64,000 nucleotides of DNA from Lingula anatina (lineage: Eukaryota > Animalia > Brachiopoda): assembly GCA_051362555.1 (NCBI GenBank), contig CM120649.1:11098001-11162000 (forward strand), read 5' to 3'. A program made the position numbers and the translations under genes. A model generated the notes under the pieces. The model saw only the letters and a program-made list of their open reading frames with translations, was not told the origin of the DNA and ran no database searches. Shown here piece after piece: positions 13,130 through 27,349 of this stretch (position 1 is its first letter; the number at the start of each line of letters is the position of its first letter).

Positions 13130-15325
13130 TTAAATGGTTTGCTTTTCATCATTTTCTGCCATTTGATCGTCCTTGGCTGGATTAGAGGGCGAGACCGTTG
13201 AACTTTGATAAAGATATCTATCCACGCTTCTCTTCCGAGCTCCGAATGTGCGTGCAAATTCACGATATTTGCTAAAATTAGTGCTTATCACTGACATGGG
13301 GAGACTGATAAACCCCAACCCGACGATGACGCAGAGAATTCCCACAAAATAACCTGGCACATCCACAGGATAGATGTCGCCATAACCGACCGTCGTCATG
13401 GTAACCACGGCCCACCAGTAGCCAATCAGGATGTTGTACATGAACGAGTTGTCGTTGCCAAGCTCCGCTACGTAGATGAGAGGCCCGAACACCATCGCCC
13501 CGGTGCACAGCAAGAGAAAGAGAAGCCCCACTTCAGTGCTGCTGCCTTTCATTGTCAACAGCAGCACTCTCAGTGGAATATAATGTTGACCAAAGCGGTA
13601 GATCCGGAATATACGTAACAGCATGACAACCATCACCAGCCCAGTGAAAACCCGTACTTCTGACGCCGACATATACAACCACTTTACTCCTAACAAATTG
13701 CTCACAGCGATTAGGGACCAATTGACCACAACCCAGACAACATCGACTATGTTCAGGAGAGATTTAAAGTAGTGTCTGGCGCTCTGTGCAGAAATGACTC
13801 TCAATAATATGTCCAAAGTGAAGTAAACATAAGTAGCATAACGTAAAGCAATGGGCAAAATGTGCTCGGTAGTGGCAAGGTACATGGTTTCCTTGTTGCT
13901 AAGATTGGCGGCGCTGGTAAAAATGGATGGGTTAAATGTGGGAATGCGCAGCGACTTCACTGTAGCAAAGGCGTCTACGGTGAAAATGAGTACTGTGCAC
14001 ATTAAGTAAAGGACCAGCCAAATCTGTAACGAGAGTGGTTAATCGAATTGTTACCGACTGGTGTATGTTAAATATCCTCTACCAGAGCCACAAATGGATT
14101 ACACCAGATATTCACTGATATGTCACTGCTGACTAATTATGTGCGCTTTTCTGTGCCTAGACATTGGAGAATTGCGTCATTAATTAACCGGAGACCCATC
14201 TCTGAGCAAATCAATTTGCCGTCCGGGTAGAGGATGCATGTATATGTAAAATATTCATATTGATAATAAGCTATATATAAACGTTTCTATTTGGCATTTA
14301 AAACGCGTGACCTTAAGCCCGCCTTTTCGTTTTCCATTATTTACTTTTATTTATTTATTTATTTATTTATTTTTTTTATTTCCAGTCTAGAATTTTGTCC
14401 ACATTTGCTATCAAAATATAGCATATACCCGATCGTCTTAGGTGCATTTTGATAAAGGATGATGCAGGTCTACCGTGTTGTAGGAGTTAAATTTTTCCTT
14501 CATGTGTGTGTTTGCATGCGTTCATGCACATGCGAGTTGCAGGGAAATGTGTGTGTGCATCATATACGTATATGCATAACTACTGTATCATATACGTATA
14601 TGCATAACTACTGTATTTTTCGTTTTCTTGTAATATAAAAAATGTTTTAAAACGTGTAACAACAGACCCGTAACACCCGTTCGCAAACTTACCCTCGCCC
14701 CTTTAGACGACGTCGGGTCATCCAAGAAAATTCGCAGTTTTGCTCTCCAACGGCCACAAGTTGTCTGATACTGGATGTTTTCTTGTGACTCCAGCAGGCC
14801 AAAGGCTTTGGCTAGTGTCTCATTTTCTTGCTGTTTGGCCTCTTGTTTCAGGAGTATCTCCCTACAACACGGGGCCAACGCACATCTTGTTATCTGCCAG
14901 AAGTCCAACTCTTTCAACATGGCCGCGCCGCAGATATTGTGCGGAAAAGAAAGCTCGCCGGTGGAGTAGCAACTAAGTATGTACGGGAAAAGGATCGGGT
15001 TTCTCTCAAAGAAGATGTCTTTTTCTTCAGAGTCTATGTCGTCCACTGTCAGTCTACCCAAGCGAGAATTGGGAAGTTTAGCCAACGTACGCCACGTCGT
15101 AACATATCTGGTGCCAGAAACGTTAATGGTGACTCGTTCTCCTCTCTTCTTTAAAGATATTTCGTCAAAAATCTCCTCTCGTTTGACTTGTGTACACTTT
15201 AGTGAAGCATTTGTTGCCTGTTTCTCAAGTCGGGCCGTGTTTTCCCCAAAACTCTCCAGTTCCAGCATCTTCCCGTCTGTGATTTGTATACCTGCTCCAG
15301 CAGACGACACCTGTATGATGTTCAT
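13130..15325 (-). CDS. Divergent Shaw/Kv3-like voltage-gated K+ channel alpha subunit, paralog 1 (~508 aa)
   Basis: Exon 1 15325-14693 (T1/BTB: RVTINVSG, FFERNP, TG.L...ICG...ELDFW...PCC, FLDDPTSSKGAR|GTAAGT); exon 2 14023-13130 (TACAG|IWLVLY; six TM segments, GYWWAVVTMTTVGYGDIYP, S6 LPMSVISTNF). Confidence 0.93.
14075..14234. mobile_element. MITE family A copy 2 (Kv paralog 1 intron)
   Basis: TCCTCTACCAGAGCCACA...GGTAGAGGA; homologous to the reverse complement of 230-359. Confidence 0.6.
14561..14616. repeat. 28-bp tandem duplication
   Basis: CATATACGTATATGCATAACTACTGTAT x2. Confidence 0.85.
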
Positions 15326-17712
15326 TGCAGCGGTCTGTTAATTTCAGTGAACGGCTCTTGTAAGAGTTAGTGCGATATATACGGAGGCTTTAAAAGTATG
15401 CGGTTCGCGTTCGACAATTATACAGGTACGATAATAATGAATTTGCTCGATCAGCAATTTTTCATATATTTCACAAGGCAATCCCTAACCGAAAACCGTC
15501 CAGAATTTTACAATCGAGCGGTATTTATAAGTATGTTTTCAAGTTCTATGTTTCCACATTTTAACGACACAAGCCAAATTTAAAAGTCTCCATTCTCATT
15601 AAGGAAGTGACACAGAAACTCAAATATTCTAACTCTCAAACTGGTTTGAGAACCGTTATTCGAACTGTGAGCGTTTTCGAAAATGTTAAGCCTTGGTAAT
15701 TAATGGAAACCCTTTCCAATTCCCATGAAAAATTAACCTTTGTTGTATAAAGGTCTGGCCTTCACTGCGTGCGTTTTCTTGATTGAAGCTTCCTTTGTCG
15801 CTACACGTACCGGTATCGTACATGGGATCAATTAATTCCCTTTGTATTATTTCAAAGAACCTTTCCGTAAGAGATTAATACTATTTAGTAACTATATTTT
15901 TCTGATGCCCTTTAGGTTTATTCAGGCATATTAATGCTCTCGGTTAAATATTAAAAATCGTTGCTGCTTTTCGATCTTAAAGTTTTAGCCATTATACTAG
16001 TAGTTTAAATAGGAATCCGGTTTTGGTTAACGTTACTTGCTATGTGTATTTTTAATGCTGTGCATCAGAAGCGGCCGGTATTGTATTCTGCGTCTGAGGG
16101 CCGTATGGTGAATTCGTGCAAACCATTGCAAGTCGCATGTTATAGCAACAAATAGCTAACACTTTAAATTTAATGATCACGTTGACATTAAACCTTAGCT
16201 CAATGTGAGGAAAGAAATGTTGATCGATAAACAATGTAAAACCCTGTCAATTCAGCACTTACAAAAATGAAAACTGAATGGATTTTTCTTAATCCACAAG
16301 TTCCCGGTATAATAATGTATCTTTGGGAATGGAGGTGGCATTCTGACACAAGAATGTTTTTGTTTAACATATCGATATTCAAGATAAATAATTTAACAAC
16401 AGGACCAGCTCGGATATACTACTATTGCTTGCTCACATTGCTGTGACATTGTTTTGTGATAGATGATAGGGTGTCTTAATCAATATATTTGACCTCTAGT
16501 TATCGCGAAGAGTGGCTAGCAACATGACACAAACCAAATATAATATTCTGCCCATTCATGCCTTGAATTGACTGGAACAAGAAAAAATTATGAATTTTGT
16601 CCATGAATAGAAGCAACGTTCTCTGGATTACCAGTGGCTTCGACTTTGTCACTTTGTATAAATACCACTGCGCACCCCCCCCCCCCCCCCACCCCCGAAG
16701 ACAAAAAAAAAAAAAAAAAAAATTAAAGCTGATCCAGATAAAGATGAAATTGTAATTATTTCTTGCTTTCCTAAATAACCATGTAAATCTTGAAAATTTA
16801 TCAAAATCTGTGAGGTTTTTTAATCCTTTTTTCACTAACAAACAATTGCATAAAAAAAACAGACTATTGCCAATGAAAAGGTAATCCGCCTCACTGGTAA
16901 AGGTAATAAATCAAATGATATGATTAAAAAGAAATGAAATCTATCGAAACTGTGTGTTTTACATGAAAAATTCACTTGCACGCTTTCGAACAGTCAACAT
17001 ACTACACAGAATACTGAGATGTACATGATGCTAAATATTAAAAATTCATTATCAATAAATTGAAGCGCGATTGCTACATGTACATTTGTACAACCCTCGA
17101 ACGTGACTACAATGGGCTTCTTCGTGATCATTGTCACTGGATCGTCACGGTGGAATAGGCGTCTATTCCACTGAGGCTGACTTAATGGAAAGTGCCATTT
17201 GCGCCAAGAATCCAGGGTTTGAAAATGCGGACATTGACATGTTGTGTGCTACTCATTTGTCGATTACCGGAAACCACACCTGAGACCTTATAATATACCG
17301 GTAGGACTACAATGGCCTTTAACTTTTTTATGGCTTTAGAATTATTTTTCCTGGAAATATCAGCAGTAATTTCCACATCACCAAAATTACACGAATTCTG
17401 AATATCTCATTTTTATTATTACGAAAGAAATTCGCAAGAGTATTTTCATTACAAAAGTAAATTAAAATAGACTCCATATTTGTGTGCCTTGATCTATTTT
17501 TATAATCCAATCAAGGTCTGGCTCTCAATGTGTGCATTAAAGATCTACGGTTTCAGAGCAAGTGGTTAAATCACGATCTACTCTAAACTTCAAGACGGTG
17601 ACCCCATATGTGTCCCCAGAATGTGAGACAACATCATATATATTTGATAATCTCACGAGCCTCAAAGTGAGGCGATAACTCCCCCCCCCCCCCAGCGGTA
17701 TACAAGGCCCAC

Positions 17713-17865
17713 CTGGGCCCCGTAACTCAAAAGAATCGCGTATTGCGAATAGCGATATCACATAGAGGCTACAATGTATTATATGGGGCGAGTATGGGCG
17801 AGTTATGAAATCGAGACGCTTGCGCTCGGTCGCAATGCACGATGCTTTCGAGTTACGGGGCCCTG
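17713..17865. mobile_element. MITE-like inverted-repeat element
   Basis: CTGGGCCCCGTAACTCAAAAGAATCG vs reverse complement of right end CAGGGCCCCGTAACTCGAAAGCATCG; TSD not evident. Confidence 0.65.
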
Positions 17866-18504
17866 TTTCGAAAAATAAGCAGCCTCTGAATTGTGTTAGA
17901 TGTTCCAAAGTGACCACAATCAGATATTTCTTATCTACTTTTATTTCTAGTGCTGTATCAACTGTGCAGTAGGCCTATCTATCATGGTAGACCATATCTC
18001 TTCACGACGAGTATTTGATATTGAAATGCTTGTGACGTTATAACTTGCTACATTTCATCAGACGAGATTACAGTAAAACTGTTCTCGTCCAGAGTTTAAT
18101 GCTAACGAGATAATTATTTAACCTCGTTCGCCCAACTCCCCCTCAAGCAAAAATCTGGATGCACGTACTGAGGAGGGGGGGGGAGTAATGTAGTAGACAT
18201 CTAATAAGGGTGTTTGAATACTTTTCGAAATCAGCGTGTTTCGTTTTTTATTTGTCAAATTGAAAACAAACTAATAATTTAACTCATTGTGTCCAAACGA
18301 AGATAACACGAACAAATACAAAAATAATTTGCAAGACGCTTTATATTAAGTGGATATAGTCCTATATAGTTCTACATATCATCACTTAGGTCATCAGTTA
18401 TCTCTCTACGATAAACCCTTGTTGTATCGAGTTCTCTATGAAAATCAAACGTCATTTATGAAATCACTTTCGTAGTTCAGTGTCCGCCCTCTGCGAGCTC
18501 GATG

Positions 18505-18981
18505 TCATACGCTAGTTTTATAGCTGTTACCATTTGAGTCAGCGACTTTATCAAAAGTAATTGTTGGTGCTCTGGACCAGCCAACGGTAGTGACAGAATG
18601 AATGGAAATCAACGTATTGCCTCTTCGCATCTCTTCTTTCAATCGCCTTCGTCTTGCCTCGTTTAATGCTGTAATCCGTTCGGTAATCTTCGCCTTTCTA
18701 CGTTCGTACTCGGCTCTCCATTGCGCCGATGCGAGTCTGTGCCGCTCTATCATGTCTTTAAATTCCTCAAAGGAAAATTCTGATAACCCGTCTTCAACTG
18801 ATATGTCCGATACCAAAGAGGTTGCTGTGTCTTTACGGAATAATACGGTCTTAGTTCCTGATTTTGGAGCAATTTTGCCCCCGGTCTCGACTGTGGCAGA
18901 AACATTTTCCGTGTGATGAGAAGATTCAGTTGCGTGATACGTGTTTTGTGATTTGATTTCCTCTGAAGTAGGTTCTGCCAT
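18505..18981 (-). CDS. Hypothetical 158-aa protein with charged helical/coiled-coil segment
   Basis: Open 477-bp ATG-TGA frame with protein-like composition in AT-rich DNA; in-frame stop just upstream of the ATG; strong minus-strand acceptor (TTTTCTGTTTTCAG) ending at 19187, candidate donor near 20177, AATAAA on the minus strand near 18250. No recognised domain. Confidence 0.55.
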   Translation of the reverse strand: MAEPTSEEIKSQNTYHATESSHHTENVSATVETGGKIAPKSGTKTVLFRKDTATSLVSDISVEDGLSEFSFEEFKDMIERHRLASAQWRAEYERRKAKITERITALNEARRRRLKEEMRRGNTLISIHSVTTVGWSRAPTITFDKVADSNGNSYKTSV

Positions 18982-20097
18982 TCTGATGTCATTTCTTACT
19001 CAAGTTTGTGACGTCCGATTATACGTTGTTGTCATTCCCTAAAAGCTATGTACTGCTAGCCTCCTACATGTATGTGTTCACTTGCCTATTACGCTGTACA
19101 GTGTATATCATCTCCAAAGAGTTCTAGGACGTCTCCAAACAATTGTGGATCAGAGTGTCGTAGCCTTTGCGAACACGAAGAAAAGTCTGAAAACAGAAAA
19201 TTTATAGTAGTTTCAGTTTTATTTAATAAGAGACTACAGGTGTACTACAATGTAGGCTACTAGTCAACACAGAGAGAGAGAGAGAGAGACGCAAATACAC
19301 TCAAACATCGTTGTTAATCTATTAACACACTCAATTTTAGCTCCTGTTCTTGAAACAAACAAAAATGGGGGTTCCGTTTGACTAAAATACCAACAAAAAG
19401 TTAATTTTTGTATTCTATATATGAGCTTTATACTAACATTTGTGCATTTACCTGACACAACAAAGAAAGCAAACAAAACATAAAAACAGTTTTACTTCAC
19501 ATTGAACAAAGCTCACAACGCAAAGGTATAATACAAAATCAACACACTTAAACATTGTAAGCTTCCTCAAGTAGTTTTTAAGGACCATTTGTTGTATTGC
19601 AAAAGATTTAACTTGCACTTAATGTCGAACAATATCTTTTGTTAACGCTTTTTTTTTCAATTAATTATACCGGTGTATGCTGCCAAGGGGAGCTCTAAGA
19701 AAGTCAGTAGAAGTAACATGTATAAAGCACGGTTGCCTTGAACAGGTATATGCGTCAGAAGTGAGTGGCAACGTTCTACCCGTAACGGTGATATGATTGT
19801 TAATATTTTAAAAATCAGTTATGAGTAATGACAGGCCAAATTTTTTCTCAGTCAGAAAAATAGTTGGTACATGTAAATATGTATATCACAATGCATGCTT
19901 ATTTGCGTGTTTTTTAATTAATGTCTGTTGTACGAGTTAGGAAACTCTACTGAAATTCTTCCTTCCCTTTATTTTTTACTTTTCTTTTCATTTTCCCAAC
20001 TTCATCAATTTCCCCTCTCTAATTTCCCCTCTCTCTAATTTCTCCTTTTCATTGCCGTCATTTCCTTCTTTGTTTGCTTCCCTCTGAGTTTTTTTTT

Positions 20098-20100
20098 CGT

Positions 20101-20158
<58 letters not shown>
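20098..20158. repeat. (GT)n(GA)n compound microsatellite
   Basis: Direct reading. Confidence 0.9.
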
Positions 20159-20160
<2 letters not shown>

Positions 20161-23100
20161 GAAAGCCGCTAACTTACCATGTTACATGAATACACACTCT
20201 TATATTTAATTGAGCGTCAAGATCCATCATCAGTCCATCTGCTACTCCATTTAAAAGTTCAGATTTCACCAAGGAAAAGAAAAGTGTCACTTGAACCTAA
20301 ACGTTCCTAGCAATTATTACAAAAACATACCTGCAACGCTAACAATGCGCTTAAGCAGCTTTGCTTATCTTTAAGTTACGCAGAGCGAAATCATATAAAA
20401 GCCCTGCCATTCAAACCTTGCTGCGTGCCATTGTAACTGTCTTCTTAAGGCCAGCGTAAACAACAGTTTCCAACAAATGTGAATGCTTTTTTTGTTGTTA
20501 AATAGTTCATATTTAACCAAGGGCGAAAATTAAGTGTTAATAAATTTGTGTAAATGGCTTTGTGATTCCAAGCAAATATTTTGACCAAAGGGGTATTTTA
20601 TTCCGGCTTGAAACGTTTGAATGAAATTATTGACGGTGCTTGAGAGAAACACCTGTTGTAAAAACACATGTTCTTTTATTAGCTACAAGGCGCTATGATT
20701 TACATTGCATAGTTGGACTTTTTTATGTTCGTATCAATTTACCAGCAGTTAATGGTTTTTATAAATTGGTTTCACAAAGCGAGGAAGCGTAACATCGTGA
20801 TCATGCATATATTAAATTTGGACTATTAAACATGTTTACTGTAGTTGAAATTTAATCTGATTCCTAAAATGTTTACATTTCAGCATACAGCTTTTTATAG
20901 ACGAGTTGATGTTTTATTCTGATACCGGTAATTAGAGCGTGTAAAGTAATTCCTACAGGGGCATACATGCAGGATTCATTTGACTATAATTCCTATTCGA
21001 TAGTTTTTATTTCATTTCATTTCATTTTTTATCTATCTCATTATATATTTATCCTGTGCACTATCTAAAGCATACATATATCGCTGATCGCATAACATCC
21101 AGACATACATGTAGACTGACATTGGTATCACCAATATTTATTTTACTAATACTTTTAGCAGTTGATCTCTCGCTGTATACGTGTTCTTTTTATAGCATTG
21201 AAATCATTTTCTTTCCCTGCATCGGTCACCCCAAAGCGCACAGACTGTCAAACATAATACAGTAAGGTTAAAAACGTTTTTGATTCGTTGCCCACTTCTG
21301 CTGTGTACAACACTGCTGCATTCAGTACACTGCATTCAGTTATTGCACAAAGTTAAATGGGAACTGGGGCATTGCCTTTATATGATTATTCTTATTTTGA
21401 CGCAGTCCTTGAACATTTTCTATTCATTTCGAGTGAAGTGACTAAAGGCAAGGTATACATCTTTGAATTATTTTCGAACTCCGTGGTTTTAACCTGATCG
21501 AACGCCGTTTTTATCAAAAGCGCCCGAGTCTATTACTCACTCCCTTAGGTGCATTAACAAGAAGAAATGTAGTGTTAAATATATTGAGTCAGTACATTAA
21601 CGGACATTAAGATAAAATTCAATTATCTATTAAGATTAAATTCAATTACTAGACGTACTATATCAAGAAATATCCTCACCTGTTGTTTGAACTGGTGACC
21701 AAATAGAACCGTTTCTTCTATCTCAGTCGAGTAAGAACCCTTGCTAGTACTGGTACCAGCGGACAAATATTGTCATCGATAAATGCCTTCAGGCGCAAGG
21801 TCAAATCTTCTAGCACGTCGTGGTCAGCCGGTCATTTTCTCCGGCCAAACTGGGTCGTGTCCGGCTTCGTCTTCACTCTAGCTTGAAATCCGTACGGTTG
21901 ACGGTATGTACCTTCCGCTAAGTACGTCTAAGACTTCGACGCGCAACAGGTTCACGGCGTTACACGCACGCTGTCTTCAGTGTCTAGTCACTCAGTACTT
22001 GTTTGATATTTGATAAATTGTGACTGTAATTCCTTCAGTCCCAGTTAAAGTTAATCATCATATTTGGTAGATAAACTGCCCTACAGTATATCAACGAAGA
22101 GATGATAAGTGCCTTAACGCCTTCGCCTTGCTCAGGCCTCGTTCGGATCGTTTTAACATCAATAATGTTAGTCATGCCACGCGACAGGGATATTGAAAGC
22201 GAGGCAATTAAGCGGAGCGTTATATTTGGAGTGTTCACTTGATTCTTGTTGGCTTTGCGTGCAGATATTTACTCTAGTCGACCGTTCCCGATCATTTAAG
22301 AGAGCAAAAAGCGTGCGGTCAAAAGATCAACTTTTTAAAGTATTTTAGTTGTCCCTGAAGCGTTTCGATCGCTTTCAGATAAATTCACTGACGTCGCGAT
22401 GAGTTACTTAATTGATCACAACGCCTCTGTCGGTTGCGATGTACTTTATGAACAATGGTCTCCAGATTGTTAAAAGTATGCTCAAACAGAAGTCAATAAG
22501 TATATATACAATCAAGTTGATGATGAAGAGATGGAAATTATTTACTCAAGAATTCTCTGTCAATGTTTTTATTCACATGACCTTTTTTTTCTTTTTCTTT
22601 TTCTCTTCTTATCTTTTTTATTAATTTTATTATTATTATTATTTTTTTTTTTGGGGGGGGGGGTAGTACTAACAAGAAATTTGATTTATTACCAAGAGTC
22701 GTGAATAATTGAATGAAGAATGTTGTATGTTGGCTGAGGATGTCAAGTCATTCTCTGGAACGCCAAGCATTGACAGTTTAATGACAGCCACTATGAAAAA
22801 ATAATGAATAAGTCACTTAATTTCCAAAAACAATGCAAAACTGGAGACAAGAAGATCAAAGTCAAAACAACATTTGACAACAACTATTCTTTTTGTAACC
22901 ATGACTATCATAATTGGGTGAAGCACTAATTATGCCAGTCTTTCATATGGAAGAAAAACACCATAATAACGATTTTGTTGACAATAGCTACATGTATTAC
23001 AATAAATAGCATTGGATGTGTAAGATGTACATGTAAACACAAGTTCAGAACATTAACCACTATTTGTTGAACTTATCTTACAGCGAGAAGAAATTTAATA

Positions 23101-25220
23101 TCATTCAAACAGATAGATTTTATGAGTTAATGTCAACAAAATAATCCAGTTACCACTCCCTGACCGGCCTTGCTACATGTATCTGTTAATCATCCTCACG
23201 CAGTTTTGAATCGTGTTTAATCCACGAGTCAGCGCTTGAAGGTATTTCGGGATTTAGAAAAAAAAAAAAAAAGAAACACGATTAATCGCGAGTTAAAGGC
23301 GCTTTAATATCATCTGTTTATGACGGAATTAAAGCTAGGACCCAACCGTTTTTTCTTCTATCCTAGATTAAAGCGAGCGTCAGGAAAGAAAGACCAAAGA
23401 ATGATTGGTCGGAGAAAAATCACTTTTACACCGGGTAATTTCGTGAAGTATGTGTTTTTCGAGGGAAAATCTTACACTGTGTATATTAAAGAGTAATTTT
23501 CAGACACGCATCTTCCGTGGGACTTCTGTTAACAATGATGTACACGTGATGATAATAATGCTAATGATAGTAACAATAATGATATCTATTTTTCTTAAAG
23601 CCCGTAGACATCCCTCCCCCCACCCTCCGTGTCCCCCATTTCAGTGATTGGAGGGGGGTGGGGGGTGGGGACGGTTGGCCACTGCACCCCTCCTCCCCCA
23701 TGGCCAGCCACTCCATCAGCGCGGTAGAATTACCTTTTTGTACTGGAACACATGTTACCCCCCTTCCATCTCTTCACCATCCTAGTACAAGAAAAAACGA
23801 TACGGAACTTAGTACTTCTCACCCCTGCATGTACCCTACATTACATAAAAATTATTCTCGTCAACTATTTTATATCTGTCGAACGAAGCGAGGCAGAACC
23901 CTCGTGCATCCACCGGCCCTCCCTTCTTATATTAAATCCAAATCGTGGATGGACCCATGCATCGTTCACCCCTGAAAACCACCCCTACAACTCTGCCACC
24001 TACTTTTGTCTCAAACTGATATTTCTAGCTTTGCTTAATGTCGGCTATCATAATCCATCGTGAGGTTTGAGATGATTTAATGAAGTTCAAGTATTTGTTA
24101 TCGGCTTATGTACGGGACAGAACCGGTATGGGTAAATACATGTATTATCTACTCCGCATTACTGCCTCGGTATCAATTTATCTATAGCACGCTGAAAGCA
24201 TCGTGAGTTACAGGAATGTACAGACATGAATTCATTATTGGAGATAAGAAACATTTATCTGTTTATCCTTTCAAAGTTGAGAAAGGATTTCAATTTGGAA
24301 ACCGAGATGAATTTGCCGTGGGATTTCTGATATGCCTTTGTTGCATTCCAGTCATATTTCTATTCCTGTGTAACGGGGGAATTACTGTGTAGCAGTGTTC
24401 TTAACAATTGCAATGTTTTTTTTTTCTTTTTTACGAAATAAAAAGTGGGACCAGACATGATAACCAGTGAGGTCGACATGGTGATATATAATATTGACCT
24501 TTCAACGTTTTGCGAACGATTTTCAACTGCGTGCACTTATCATTAACATATCTATGTAGTAGTAGTCCTAAATATAAAAATCATCGTCCGGGCAATCACT
24601 AATTATATAATACAAGAATAGAAACGAAAGTAGCTGACACTTAATATTTTTAGGAAACACCCATTAGCCGTTAAAATAGTCTGAATTATCTTGCAGGTCA
24701 GTTTTCTAAGACTATGGCCCAAATAAATAGGTAGAACTCCAATGAAGTAAAATTGTACTATATCGAGACGGTCGTTGCAAATGCTTTAGTTCAATATCTT
24801 CTTTGTCCAAATTAACTGCTTTGGATTTATTTTGAACTGACATAGACCTTCATTGTTTATCTACAGACAGTGTCAGTGTATGAAATTAAACCAGTTTTGG
24901 GAGTCTGACGGTCTTTCGTGTATTCAGTACGTTGCATGCAGCACTCAAACTGAGTGTGTCCATTGCTACAGAGAAGACAGCTGTTCACCTCGGTCTGCCG
25001 GCTGGTATTCGAACCGTTTGTATAACAAAAGATAAATAAATAAATAAATAAATAAATAAATCCCAGGTTGTTGTAGACAACTCTTATAAGATTTCCCATA
25101 CATTTCTCATAGTTTTTTTCTAAGATGCCCCTGTTACATAAAGCACTAGTAGCTGGCGTTTGTGCATCAATACAACGTGTTGATAAATATGAATAACTAT
25201 GATAATGGAACTTACATTTA

Positions 25221-25437
25221 AGCCCCCCTTTACACTGGACGGCGTCCCTTCTGCGTCCAGCAGTTCGGCCCCATTTGAGAGTTAAAGAATTATAATACTT
25301 TACGTGCCGACAACTGGCCGATCATTGAGCATTCATTCTGATACCAAATCATTGCTCGTGCCTCGATCCTTATTAAGACCACAGCGATGCCAAATTTCAT
25401 GGTCGCAGAAAGGACGCCGTCCAGTGTAAAGGGGGTA
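25221..25437. mobile_element. PIF/Harbinger-like MITE
   Basis: CCCCCTTTACACTGGACGGCGTCC(C/T)TTCTGCG TIR (~32 bp, 1 mismatch) with TTA at both flanks. Confidence 0.75.
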
Positions 25438-27349
25438 TTAGCAACGGACGGACGTTGCGGTCTCAGTCTGAGACCTTTTACTAGGTGAATGACCTGGAAG
25501 GACTGGTCACCTGATCTATTGTCACGCAGTTAGGCATAGTCTCTAGTACATATAGTCTAGTGTACTATCTAGGTCAGTTACTAATGGTAAGTTCCAGTAT
25601 CAGAGTTGTTAAATTTATCATTCTTATTCTACTGGATGACTAACGACATTCACTCATTCAATAAAACGTGTTGTTGCTATCACAGCAACGAGTTTACAAT
25701 GCTAAGATTGCCCTTTCCATAACATTTGTATTGTACATAAATTGCATGCATCAATTAAACAAGCTATAAAAACTAGTGCTATTAAGATAATTCTCACCAT
25801 CACCAGACTTGTCAGTAATAAATAGAAACAGATACCGTTCTTCGTTATTTTTTAGGTAATTGCACATTTCAGCTCCACTCCGGACTCTCAGTGTGTTGAC
25901 TAATAGGCCTAAAATACCTACTCTGTGCAATATCCAAATTGATCAATTTTGTTTTAAATCAATTAGATGGACGTTTTGTTTGAACTGTGCATTAGAAGAG
26001 CGTACAAAGAAGTCCGCATCATGGCTTAACATTAGAATAATTGCAAACTTCGTTACGTTGTTTTAATTAATCTAACTACTAATTATATAAAGAAAAGTGA
26101 GACATCATCCTCATTACTCTCATTATGTACCTTATTTTGTAGTATTGAGCTGTCCACATGTTGCTCATATCAATGAATACCATATCTAAAAATAGTGAAA
26201 AATAATTGCCTATTAACCCGTATTCGAGTTAGGAATTTTTTTTATTGTTTTACTGTCACAAGTGGAGTCACCATTCAGTCTCTATCTTCATTTTGGAGAG
26301 TGATTCAAACATAAAATTTATAAATTGTTCATATAAGGGAAAATTGCTGAAATTTACATGAAAATTCCTTTTTTTCGTCGATTTTATGTGTTTCATGTGT
26401 ATCTGAAGCCTTACGTTCAGAAAGAATTTGAGAGCTTTTAATAAACAATTTTATTGTCTTATTTCATTAAATGAATTTAACAGTTTATATCATTGTACAA
26501 ACAATTTTGGTTGCAAATAATCATTATTATTATTATTATCAGAGAATTGGTCTCCAGGTACACGTAGTATAAAAATGCTGTGTACTGGTACCTTTAACGT
26601 GCAGTGCATGAGATAAACACCTCCACTTGAACCCTGCAACTACTTTATTAAATATTTATAGGCGTAACTGATATATTGTATTGATCACATTTGAAGAAAT
26701 ATCAACTCGACTTAAAACTAGTCGTACACGAGACAAATAGTGTATACGGCACGTTGACACTCCATTGATAAAATCTCCATGGTGACCGTGTCCTCTTCTA
26801 AGGCGTGGTGAACATCAAATGGTCTCTTGGGAACCCAAGGTTGATTGCAAGCGGCTGCACAGTGCATTGTCACATCGGGTAGCATCATTAGTCATTTATG
26901 AGACAAATATATCTATTGACAAATATATCTATTGACAAATATATATATCTATCTATTGACGATGTGAAGAGGGGTGGTTTGTTCTGTGTGGTGAACGTCA
27001 TTTCATCATTTGATGTTGACACGGGATATAATTTGTCGCCCTTATCATTTTATCTTGTTCCTTTGGGTAATATTGATATCAATGTAAACGGTGGTGCATC
27101 ACTCAGGTAAGGCAGACAGCCATTTTCGTATATTACGTGCATGTGCAAAAAACGCGGCATTCACCAACTGAAGTACCTTATCTCATTCAGTGAGCCCATT
27201 TAAAAAAAAGACAATGGTAAGAACAAAAACCACACTGGTAATGTATTGAATGAGTCTTTTCCCGCAGGGAAATGTCTTATATATCTCGCAGAAAAGATAC
27301 TTAATTGATATTGTTATGACAAAGTAAGTGAAACGCTGACTGGTTTCTG

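Noticed and set aside
14740-15341. Similar antisense ORFs opposite the T1 exons (also 27301-27756, 35099-35311)
   Set aside because: Their mutual similarity is simply the shadow of the conserved Kv coding strand.
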